Part shown: piece by piece, positions 7,765 through 15,649 of the stretch | How the letters are laid out: the number at the start of each line of letters is the position of its first letter | How positions within the stretch are numbered: the stretch's first letter is position 1 | Notes under the pieces: model-generated | Seen by the model: the letters and a program-made list of their open reading frames with translations, nothing else | What the model was told of the DNA's origin: nothing | Databases searched by the model: none | Assembly (NCBI GenBank): GCA_963737655.1 | Contig: CAVTTN010000003.1 | Location: 1-15,649, forward strand | Source: an uncultured Planctomycetota bacterium | Lineage (GTDB): Bacteria > Planctomycetota > Planctomycetia > Isosphaerales > Isosphaeraceae | DNA: 15,649 nt | Direction of reading: 5' to 3' | Translations under genes and position numbers: made by a program

Positions 7765-9041
7765 AGCTCCTGGCCCTGGGCGTGGACCACCGGACGGCCC
7801 CGGCCCCGGTCCGCGAGGCCCTGGCGTTCGAAGGGCCCCGGCGCGACGAGGGGCTCGACGCGCTGGCCTCGGCGTTCCCCGGCGGCGAGTTCGTCGTCCT
7901 CTCGACCTGCAACCGGGTCGAGGTCTACGCCGCCGGCGACGCCGCGGCGATCCCGACGACCGGCGCCCTGATCGACTTCCTGGCCCACTTCCACGCCCGG
8001 CCCGCCGAGACTTCGCCGCGCACCTGGTCGACCACCACGACGGCCGAGGCGGTCTCGCACCTGTTCAAGGTCGCCGCCAGCCTGGAGAGCCTGGTCCTGG
8101 GCGAGGGGCAGATCCTCGGCCAGGTCCGCGACGCCTACAAGGCGGCCGTCGCCCGCAAGGCCGTCGGGCCGATCCTCCACGCGGTCTTCCCGCACGCCCT
8201 CCGGGTCGGCAAGCTCGTCCGCGAGCAGACCGGGATGGACAAGGGGAAGCTCTCGGTCGCCAGCGTGGCCGTGGACGTCGCCCGGGACGTCTTCGACACG
8301 TTCGGCGACAAGACCGTGCTGGTCATCGGCGCCGGGAAGATGGGCGACCTGACCTTGCAGCACCTCTCGACCCTCCGCCCCGGCTCGATCCTGGTGACCA
8401 ACCGCAACCCCGAGCGGGCCGAGGCCGCCGCCGCGCCGATGGGGCGGCAAGGCCGTCCCGTTCGAGCGGCTCGATCGGCCCTGGTCGAGGCCGACGTGGT
8501 GGTCAGCACCACCGCCGCCGACCGGCCGATCGTCGACCTGGCCACCTACGCCCGGGTCCAGAAGGCCCGCAAGAACCGCCTGGCCCTGATCCTCGACATC
8601 GCCATCCCGCGCGACTTCGACCCCAGGATCGGCGACCTCGAACAGGTGATGCTCTACAACGTCGACGACCTCCGGGCCCAGGCCGAGCAGAACCGCCAGC
8701 GGCGGCCAGAAGGGGGTCGACCCGGCCCTGGCGATCATCGAGCGCGAGACCGCAGCCTGCCTGGCCGCGCTCCGCCACCGGACCCACGCCGGCGCCGTCC
8801 TCCGCCAGCTCGGCGACTACGCCGACGCCGCCCGGCTCCGCGAGTTCGAGGCCCTGATCGCCCGCCAGCCCGACCTCACCCAGGCCCAGCGCGACGACAT
8901 CGCCCACGCCCTCCTGAGGCTCCAGAACCAGTTCCTCCACCACCCCCGAGCCGCCCTCCGGACCGCCGCCTCCGCCGAGCCCGACCGAGCACCCCCACCC
9001 GCTCGCTCCACGCCGTCAAGGCCCTCTTCGGGCTCCAGTGA
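7761..9041 (+). CDS. hemA: Glutamyl-tRNA reductase (local frameshifts)
   Basis: LGVDHRTAP, catalytic STCNRVEVY, LESLVLGEGQILGQV, NADPH-binding IGAGKMG, DIAIPRD, YNVDDL. Confidence 0.97.
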   Translation: MKLLALGVDHRTAPAPVREALAFEGPRRDEGLDALASAFPGGEFVVLSTCNRVEVYAAGDAAAIPTTGALIDFLAHFHARPAETSPRTWSTTTTAEAVSHLFKVAASLESLVLGEGQILGQVRDAYKAAVARKAVGPILHAVFPHALRVGKLVREQTGMDKGKLSVASVAVDVARDVFDTFGDKTVLVIGAGKMGDLTLQHLSTLRPGSILVTNRNPERAEAAAAPMGRQGRPVRAARSALVEADVVVSTTAADRPIVDLATYARVQKARKNRLALILDIAIPRDFDPRIGDLEQVMLYNVDDLRAQAEQNRQRRPEGGRPGPGDHRARDRSLPGRAPPPDPRRRRPPPARRLRRRRPAPRVRGPDRPPARPHPGPARRHRPRPPEAPEPVPPPPPSRPPDRRLRRARPSTPTRSLHAVKALFGLQ

Positions 9042-9175
9042 CGCATCAGATCCGAAGTGACTCGACCTCCTCCTCGACTCCCCGCCGGTATCGATCGCGC
9101 AGACTTCGACGGGCTCATCGCGGTACGATGATTCGGTCATCAGATCGAAGGAGGTGATGGCCCAGGGGTTTCGTC

Positions 9176-9726
9176 GTGAAGGACTCCGAAGCCGAGGCGA
9201 AGATCCGGGAACTGGATTGGGCGGGACTGAGGGACCTCTGGGGGAAGATCCAGGTCGGGCGACACGCCGGACTGGGACCTGGGCAAGGCATTCGAATACC
9301 TGGTCCTCCGGGTCTTCCAACTCGATGGGCCGTCGTCCGCTGGCCTTATCGGGTCGACCTCCAGGGCCAGATCGTCGAGCAAATCGACGGGCTCGTGGTG
9401 GCCGCCGGCTTGCATGCCCTGGTCGAGAGCAAGGACCTGAAGGAGACGGTCTCGATCGAGCCCATCGCCAAGCTTCGCAACCAGCTCATGCGTCGCCCGG
9501 TCGCCACCATCGGCATGGTCTTCAGCACCTCGGGATACACCGAGCCCGGCCTCGATCCTGGCCAGCTACCTCGCCGGGACAGACGATCCTGCTCTGGTAC
9601 GAGGAAGAAGATCGACTTCGCCCTTGAAGAGGCAAAAGATCGTGCCCTTGCTCCAGGCCAAGTACCTGGGCTGCGTCATGGAACGCGGTCCCCGACACGG
9701 ACATCACCGACCTGGAGTTTCCATGA
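9176..9726 (+). CDS. Stand-alone Mrr-like PD-(D/E)xK restriction endonuclease (frameshifted)
   Basis: Reconstructed across frames: GKAFEYLVLRVFQLDG...EQIDGLV...LVESKD...IGMVFSTSGYT...TILLW. The stop TGA overlaps the next ATG (ATGA, 9723-9726). Confidence 0.75.
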
Positions 9727-10295
9727 GGACACACGTGCTTCTGGAATCGCTGTTCAATATGAGGCTGGTCAAGCGACTGCTGGAGCAAGAGGGCCGTTCG
9801 ATCGACCTCCGTTTCAAGGTCAGCATTCCGTCTTCCTCGCTGTACTCATCGGCCCGCACGCTCCTGGCGGTCGTCGGCGAGCCGGTGGCGTTGGTGCTTG
9901 ACGCCGAGACGACCAGCCCGTCGGCCGTCTCCAGGCAGCGCCAGACGGTCGAGGAGGTGATCGGGGTCTACGGCGAGGATGTCGCCCTTCTGCCTGCTCA
10001 TGGCCGTACCCTCGCTCGAGTCCCTGCTCTTCACGAGGTCCGCCTTGCTGGCCCGGGCCTTCGGTGACCAGGCGGACGACGGCGGTCGGTGCAGGAACTC
10101 GGCCGGTTGAGCCCCCAGGAAGCCTACAAGCGGCTCGATCCGGGTAGCCCCGAGGGGGCCGGCTTCTCGAAGCTTCTCCAGGCACTGGACGACGACGACG
10201 TGGCCGCGCTCCGGGAAGAGTCGCCGATCCGCGAACTGATCGCGTTCCTGGCCGAGGTCGGCAGTCCGGCGGCCCCGTTGCCCTCGGCCCCGTGA
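9723..10295 (+). CDS. Hypothetical protein translationally coupled to the nuclease, possibly TOPRIM-like (frameshifted)
   Basis: MRTHVLLES...PVALVLDAET...LLMAVPSLESLLF...ALREESPIRELIAFL, joined from ORFs 9624..10067 and 10089..10295 and an intervening frame. Confidence 0.65.
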
Positions 10296-10305
10296 TCCGA
10301 AGCCC

Positions 10306-10924
10306 TCACCGCCCGGCCGTCCGGATCTCGAACCGGTCGCGGGTCCGGACGTAGTCGTTGCCGGCCATCCGGCCGATCGCCGCGAGCTTGTCGGCGTTGA
10401 CCCGCATCCGGTCGTCGAGCAGGTCGTCCTTCACGTAGATATGCCGGACCTCGCCGATGACCAGGCTGGCGATCCCGATCGGGATGACGTGGGTGGTCCG
10501 GCACTCGAAGGAGACCGACGCCTCGCCGACCCTCGGGGCCTTGACCAGCCGGCTCGGCGCGGGGGTCAGGCCGGCGTGGTGGAACTCGGACTCGCCGTAG
10601 GGGATCGACTCGCCGGTCTTGGCCATCCCGTCGGCGTACGACTCGTCCGCCACGTTGACCACGAACTCGCCGGTGCCGCCGTCCTCGACGAACCGGGCGT
10701 TCCGGAGGGTGTCCTTGACGCTCCCGTCCCCCTTCAGGCCGCCCACGGTGAACGCCAGGCTCAGGGGCGTGTGGCTGGCCACCGTGAAGTACGAGAACGG
10801 CGCCACGTTCGGGAATCCCGTCGACCGAGACCGTCGAGACCACCGCGATCGGCCGGGGGACCACGCAGCCGATCACCAGCTTGTAGCACAGGTCGAACGC
10901 CAGCGCCTGGGGGTCGATCTCCAT
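10306..10924 (-). CDS. Flavin reductase-like FMN-binding protein (DIM6/NTAB type; frameshift near 10810)
   Basis: YKLVIGCVVPRPIAVVST...(N)VAPFSYF...KDTLRN...GEFVVN...VKAPRVGEASVSFEC...IGRMAGNDY. Confidence 0.92.
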
Positions 10925-11014
10925 GGAGCCTGATCCTCCAACGACGCCGGACGATCTCTCCGCGATTGAGGATAAGGATAGTCCGGCCGCCCACGCGGTC
11001 AAGGGGTCGTCCCC

Positions 11015-11141
11015 CGGGAAAGACGAACCCAATCGTCCCTAAAGCCCGGCGTCATCGCGAGATCGGCCGGGTCCTGCGTCGGGCCCTCCGACACCGAGCG
11101 AACCCGAGGGCCGCCGGCCCGTCGGGAAAGACGAAGCCAAT
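11015..11141 (+). repeat. Intergenic direct repeat CGGGAAAGACGAA(C/G)CCAAT x2
   Basis: Copies at 11015-11033 and 11123-11141 (18/19 identical), with a degenerate CGAGCGAACCCGA at 11095-11107. Confidence 0.7.
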
Positions 11142-11245
11142 TACGAGGGGGACGCGACCCGCGGGCCGTTCCGGTTATGATCGTCCCGGGGAGGGCCGGC
11201 CAGGCCGGGTTTCTCCCGAGATCCACCGATCGGCGAGATCGTCCC

Positions 11246-11768
11246 ATGGACCGGCCCCGTCCCCACGATCATCCGGCCTCGCTCGACGACGACCGGCTCC
11301 TGGCCGAGTGCGACCAGTCGTTCCTCCGGAGGTCGGGCCCGGGGGGTCAGAACCGGAACAAGGTGGAGACGGCGGTCGTCCTGAAGCACCGGCCGACCGG
11401 GCTGATCGCCGAGGCCAACGAGCGTCGGAGCCAGTCGGAGAACCGCCGGGAGGCGCTCCGGCGGCTCCGGCTGGCCCTGGTCGTCTCGGTCCGCCGGCCG
11501 GTCAACCCGCTCGAGCCTCCCAGCCCGCTCTGGCGGTCGCGATGCCGGGGGGGGCGGATCGCGCTGAACCCCGACCATGAGGACGTGCCCGCCATGCTCG
11601 CCGAGGCGATGGACGTCCTGGGAGGTCGCGGACCTCGACCTCAAGGCCGCGGCGGACGTCCTGGGCTGCACGCCCTCGCAACTGATCAAGCTGCTGAAGG
11701 TCGAGCCCCGGGTCTTCGCCGGGGTCAACCGGGGCCGGGCGGATCGGGGGCTCCGGCCGCTCCTCTGA
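11246..11768 (+). CDS. GGQ-domain peptide chain release factor-like protein with C-terminal extension (frameshift near 11620)
   Basis: RRSGPGGQNRNKVETAVVLKHRPTG...ERRSQSENRREALRRL; continues in the 11577..11768 frame as DLKAAADVLGCTPSQLIKLL. Confidence 0.88.
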
Positions 11769-11791
11769 TCAATGCTCCCGGGGCCTCCGGA

Positions 11792-12070
11792 TCAGCCCGC
11801 GGCGGGCTTGCTCCGGGGCTTCGGCGGCTCGCCCAGGACGGACTCGATGGCCCGCTGGACCGTGGCCACCAGCGACTCGTCGGCGTAGGTCCCGAAGCTC
11901 CCGGCGGCCAGCTCGCGGCGGAGCCGGTCCAGGATGGTGACCCGGATCGCCTCGTCGTCCTGGCCCTTGACCCGACGGCGCCGGCATTCCAGCCGGGCCC
12001 CCAGCTCCGCGGCCCGGAGCAGGTCCTCGGGAGTTCCCCCCTCGACGCGCCTGAGAGTCCCGCGATTCAT
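11792..12070 (-). CDS. Small hypothetical protein orfB (92 aa, copy 2)
   Basis: AGGAGG RBS; MNRGTLRRVEGGTPEDLL...; paralog of 3008..3286. Confidence 0.85.
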   Translation of the reverse strand: MNRGTLRRVEGGTPEDLLRAAELGARLECRRRRVKGQDDEAIRVTILDRLRRELAAGSFGTYADESLVATVQRAIESVLGEPPKPRSKPAAG

Positions 12071-12201
12071 GGCTGTACCTCCTAACCTTGTAATGGCCAG
12101 GAATGGTCGCGACCCGCCAAGATTCCCGGCCGAGGCCGGGGCGGCGGTCGGTCTCCGACCGCGCCATGGAGTCCGCCGGCGCGATCTCGACCGGATCGGC
12201 C

Positions 12202-12402
12202 TCAGGCCTCGTCCACGGCGCCGGCCAGCCGGCCCCGGGGGTCGATCTTCGCGAAGATCTGGTCGGTCCGGACCTCGATGAAGAGGATGCCCCCACCGAA
12301 GTCCTCGACGCGCCGGAGGATCCCGGCACGGAGGTAGACGGGGATGAGCTCGCGGAGGCCTCGGGGCTCGCGAGCGACTTCGGGATCGAGTCGGAGCTGC
12401 AT
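12202..12402 (-). CDS. Small hypothetical protein orfA (66 aa, copy 2)
   Basis: MQLRLDPEVAREPRG..., with AGGGGTGG upstream; paralog of 2720..2917. Confidence 0.85.
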   Translation of the reverse strand: MQLRLDPEVAREPRGLRELIPVYLRAGILRRVEDFGGGILFIEVRTDQIFAKIDPRGRLAGAVDEA

Positions 12403-12523
12403 GGTAACCACCCCTAATGTGTCCGGAGGAGCTTCCCTCCGGAGCGGTCGCGCTCGTCGTCTCGGGGGGAGACGGATCCATGCCGCCGTATGAGATCGGA
12501 GATGATGGCCGGGGTCGGGGATG

Positions 12524-12561
12524 AAAAAACCCCACCACGCACCGCCGAGTGCGCCGTGGGG
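12524..12561 (-). terminator. Intrinsic terminator upstream of orfA (copy 2)
   Basis: Minus strand CCCCAC-GG-CGCAC-tcggcg-GTGCG-TG-GTGGGG-TTTTTT. Confidence 0.75.
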
Positions 12562-12694
12562 CCATCAAGACCCACCCGGGCCGCCTCTCCGAGCAGAACG
12601 GCCTTTCGAACGTCGTCCCCGAGCCCCTCCGCCGATCGTCGCCAAGGAGCACCAACCCGACTTGCCGTCCATCTCCGGTGGCTCGCCCGGTCAG
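12524..12694 (-). ncRNA. Candidate structured leader RNA or sRNA (copy 2)
   Basis: Paralog of 2433-2599, lying between promoter and terminator, with the stems retained. Confidence 0.45.
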
Positions 12695-12699
12695 CCCTT

Positions 12700-12728
12700 A
12701 TCCTTGAGTCCGCCGCCGAGCAAGTCAA
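12700..12728 (-). promoter_or_regulatory. Putative promoter for leader/orfA-orfB copy 2
   Basis: TTGACT-N17-AAGGAT on the minus strand. Confidence 0.5.
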
Positions 12729-12997
12729 GCGAAAAGATCGCGGCCAATTCCATTTTATTGCCGAGCACGATTCCTCCGAGATCGTCCCGATCCGCCCCGG
12801 CGCTTCCCGAGAGCCGGCTGGATCGACCCGAATCCGGCCGCTCCGCCGGCAGAGAGCGGTTGCTCCCGAGGTAGCGATCGGAGATCGGGCTCGGCCTCTT
12901 TCATCCTTGAAAAGCGGCCGGCTTGCTTTGTTGTTCTCGTTTGTGGTGTTTTTCCCACTTCAGATTGTTGCCGCAAAGATTCTCACTTCGTTCATCA

Positions 12998-13026
12998 TTG
13001 AATGCGGATGAATTCAGGGCTAAGAT
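12998..13026 (+). promoter_or_regulatory. Putative sigma70 promoter for PEP-CTERM gene copy 2
   Basis: TTGAAT-N17-TAAGAT; conserved with 2185-2214. Confidence 0.6.
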
Positions 13027-13091
13027 GACGCCTCACCTGCCAGCCTCGCTCCTACGGCGGTTCACGCTTGCATTGCACCCAATCCCGCTTT

Positions 13092-13150
13092 GTAGGGCAG
13101 GGCTGGCCCTGCCGATCGAACCGGGGACGGCAGGACCAGCCCTGCCCTAC
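13092..13150. repeat. REPIN-like element: two inverted GTAG-type REPs
   Basis: GTAG-GGCAGGG-ctgg-CCCTGCC-G (13092-13114) and an inverted copy (13128-13150), 22/23 complementary, with a 13-nt spacer. Confidence 0.8.
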
Positions 13151-13222
13151 GTGTGCCGGTCAATGGTGAATCTCCGGAGCGTGATGACTTGCGTTGATGT
13201 CTCTCAAATGAGGATCGGACTA

Positions 13223-14340
13223 ATGGCGAGTGGACTTCGGCCGGCAAGGATTGCGCGTTTGATCTTCGGGGCGCTTCTGGTCTCGAGCACAAGTCTCGCC
13301 GGTCCGCTGGACCCGATGCAATTCCAGTCGCTGGGGAACCTCTCGCTCAACGCGCCGGGCACCTATGTCGTCAACACGACCGGCCCCAATCCCACCCTGC
13401 TGGCCGGGGGCAACGTGTACACCGGGGTCGTCTTCAACGGCGTCGCTGTCTTCGACTTCAACTCGGTCTCCATCTCTAGCGGTGCCACTCTGATGGCGAT
13501 AGGAGGGAATCCGGTGGCCCTTCTGTCGCGGTCAACCGAGAATATCTCCGGATCCATCAACGTCTCCGCCTCTCGGTATGACTCCAGGGGCAGGGGCCAG
13601 CAATACCGGGGTTGGCGGTGGGGGGCGATTTGGGTCCAGAGGAGAGTCCGGCGCGGGCGGCGGGGGCTTCGGCGGAGCGGGAGGTCAGGGCGGCGATTAC
13701 GTGTACATTAGCGACGTCGCCAAGGGCGGGCCGGGAGGTGCCGCGACGGCCGACCTTCAGTCGGTTCTTCAGGGTGGCAGTTCCGGCGGATCCTTCGTAG
13801 TCGAATTCCCGGGCTACGGCCCCGGTGCCGGAGGCGGAGCGATCGAACTCGGTGCCACCCAGAGCATCAATCTTACCAGCGGCGCCATTCAGGCCGCCGG
13901 AAGCAACGCGACTAGCGGGATCAACCTCGGCGGCGGCGGCGGCGGCAGTGGTGGTGGGATTTTTATCCACGCCTCGAGTATTTCTCTGGTCGGGGCTATT
14001 CTCGATGTCCATGGGGGGGCCGGTTCCCCGCGGCTCAGTCCGGGAGGCCACTGGTTATGTGGAAGCTTCAGGCGGGGGCGGCGGAGGGGAGATCCTGATC
14101 GAATATTCTTCGAGCTTTTCCAGCCTGAATGGAACTGTTAACACGAATGGAGGCCCAGCAGCTAGCGGCTTCTCCAATGAGGCCAATGGATCGAACGGGA
14201 TCTATTCAGTAACGGCGGTGCCCGAGCCCTCCAGCCTGATCCTGCTTGGCACTTCGACTCTCGGACTGGTTGGGTTGGTAACCTTTCGGAGACGATTCGG
14301 GCGGGAGATCGCGCCGCGCGAGGGACGCTTTGCTTCCTGA
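13223..14340 (+). CDS. Gly-rich PEP-CTERM surface protein (copy 2; frameshifts near 13575 and 14040)
   Basis: Signal peptide followed by AGPLDPMQFQSLG, poly-Gly segments, and VPEPSSLILLGTSTLGLVGLVTFRRR. Confidence 0.88.
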
Positions 14341-14418
14341 AGCCAGTTCTCGGCGCTTCTGACCTTCGATGGTCGCCAATGGGAGGCCGATTCGACCAAC
14401 CGGCCTCCCTCCGAACGA

Positions 14419-15101
14419 TCAGTAACCGATACGGATGACGGTCATCCCCGAATTGGCGTGGACTACATCCGTGCTCGAGAAACTGTACACATAAGAAGTC
14501 CCGCTTCCGCCATCGATGGTGTTCTGCCCGCCCAACGCGACGATGAAGTCCGAACCCGACCCCCCGACAACGTGGTTGGTCCCGGCAAAGGTGATCATCG
14601 TGTCATTGCCGGTGCCGCCGATCAGGGTGTTGTTGCCGGGGCCAAGCGCTCGAGGACTTCAGAACCCGTGCCGGCGTTGAGGACGTTCGTCCCGCCCCCG
14701 TTGGCGATCAGGAAATCCTGGCCTGACCCACCGGTCAGGACGTTGTCGCCCGGCCCGCCGAAGAGATAGCCGGTGATCGGCGTGTTATTGGCGAACGTGT
14801 TCGAGCCGGTGCCGCCGAAGTAGTCGATCTCGCCGACTTGCGAGGCCGGGAAGAAGATGTCGTCGCTACCCGCCGAGTTCGAGACCTGGACCTCGACCGA
14901 TCCCTTATTGAGGCCGACCGACCCTGTGTCTCCCAGGCTGGTCCCGATCACCTCGAGTGTCGTGCCCGACAGGAAGATCAATGCCCCGGACCCTGTCATC
15001 AACTGCCGCCCCTCCATCCCCTCGAGGGCGGCCACGAATTGGCGGCGGCTACTGGTCCGACGTCCCACGCCAGACCGACGATCGCGATGGAATAGCAACA
15101 T
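14419..15101 (-). CDS. Small secreted RTX-like protein with planctomycete export motif (copy 2; frameshift near 14645)
   Basis: MLLFHRDRR...LEGMEGRQLMT, GGPGDNVL and GGSGQDFL repeats; ends VIRIGY* like copy 1 (VIHIGY*). Confidence 0.82.
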
Positions 15102-15382
15102 AAACCACTAGCTCCGTAATCTAATCTGAAGCGAGCCTTCCCGCCGTCGGGATTCGGGGGTCCACTTCGACCCCTCGGTGCATGGATCGGCAGGCCGGAC
15201 CATCACCACCCCGGGGGGCGGACCGACGGATCGTCTCTGATGACCCTAGGACGGGCCCGGCGATCTGTCGCAAAATCGGGGGATATAGAGGAGTGGGTTG
15301 CCGTCGGCAGGGTCAGTCCATCGACCAGACTACCCGGCCCCCGCTCGATTCGCGGCCCGACGCCCCGCGGCTACCGGCATGG

Positions 15383-15555
15383 GCCGGCGACAGGGTCGAT
15401 AGGTTTGTGACGCTGGGCAAGGCGTCGGGTGGCATGCTCTGGCGCAGCCTGAGCATGAATCGACGTCACCCCATGCTCAGGCTGCGCCAGAGCATGCCAC
15501 CCGGCCCTGGCCGAAAATCGCCCAGCTTCGCAAACCGATCGACCCTGGGGCCGGC
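15383..15555. repeat. Nested palindrome with a perfect 32-bp inverted-repeat core
   Basis: 15426-15457 is the exact reverse complement of 15472-15503 (14-nt loop). Imperfect outer arms lie at about 15383-15418 and 15520-15555. Confidence 0.85.
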
Positions 15556-15649
15556 GACCGGGTGCTTGACTCCGGAAACCCGGTCGGACACCCTGAAGGC
15601 TCGGTTCCCGAGGGGATCGATCGGATCGAGGCTCTCCGGGGTCGCCAAG

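Larger units (their letters stand above)
11780..15634 (-). repeat. Right arm of the inverted duplication (longer because of insertions)
   Basis: Reverse-complement paralog of 1..~3300 with the same gene order. Extra DNA around 13040-13170 and 15300-15540. Confidence 0.95.

Noticed and set aside
11015..11141. CRISPR array
   Set aside because: Only two short repeats with an 89-nt gap, and no cas genes.
12403..12655. Long 287-aa version of orfB (11792..12655) and 122-aa version of orfA (2549..2917)
   Set aside because: The extensions run through the terminator, are not conserved in frame between copies, and good RBSs precede the shorter starts.
12565..12672. Leader peptide (MDGKSGW..., minus strand) for ribosome-mediated attenuation
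   Set aside because: Start and frame are not conserved in the left copy, and there is no run of regulatory codons.
1..15634. Inverted arms as a fold-back/chimeric read artefact or a composite transposon
   Set aside because: The arms differ by synonymous-biased substitutions and copy-specific insertions, unlike read error. No transposase, IS ends or target duplication are visible.

Overview
High-GC window, most likely from a planctomycete of the Isosphaeraceae type (inferred from the planctomycete E-x-x-E-x-R-x-L export motif, PEP-CTERM proteins, an ECF sigma + Ser/Thr kinase pair and the ccsA-hemA order). Most long genes carry 1-bp frameshifts, probably uncorrected long-read errors. The dominant structure is a diverged inverted duplication: 1..~3300 and ~11780..15634 are mirror-image paralogous copies of a four-gene cassette. 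Each copy has a small Gly-rich RTX-like secreted protein, a convergent Gly-rich PEP-CTERM protein, divergent sigma70-like promoters, a conserved structured leader ending in an intrinsic terminator, and two small unknown ORFs (65-66 aa and 92 aa) that are highly conserved between copies. The arms enclose ~8.5 kb of unique DNA: ECF sigma factor, Ser/Thr kinase, ccsA-like gene, hemA, an Mrr-like nuclease with a coupled partner, a flavin reductase-like gene and a GGQ release-factor-like gene. No recombinase or transposase is visible. The best candidate for an undescribed system is the promoter > structured RNA/terminator > orfA-orfB unit linked to the surface-protein pair. Several REP/REPIN-like palindromes are also present.
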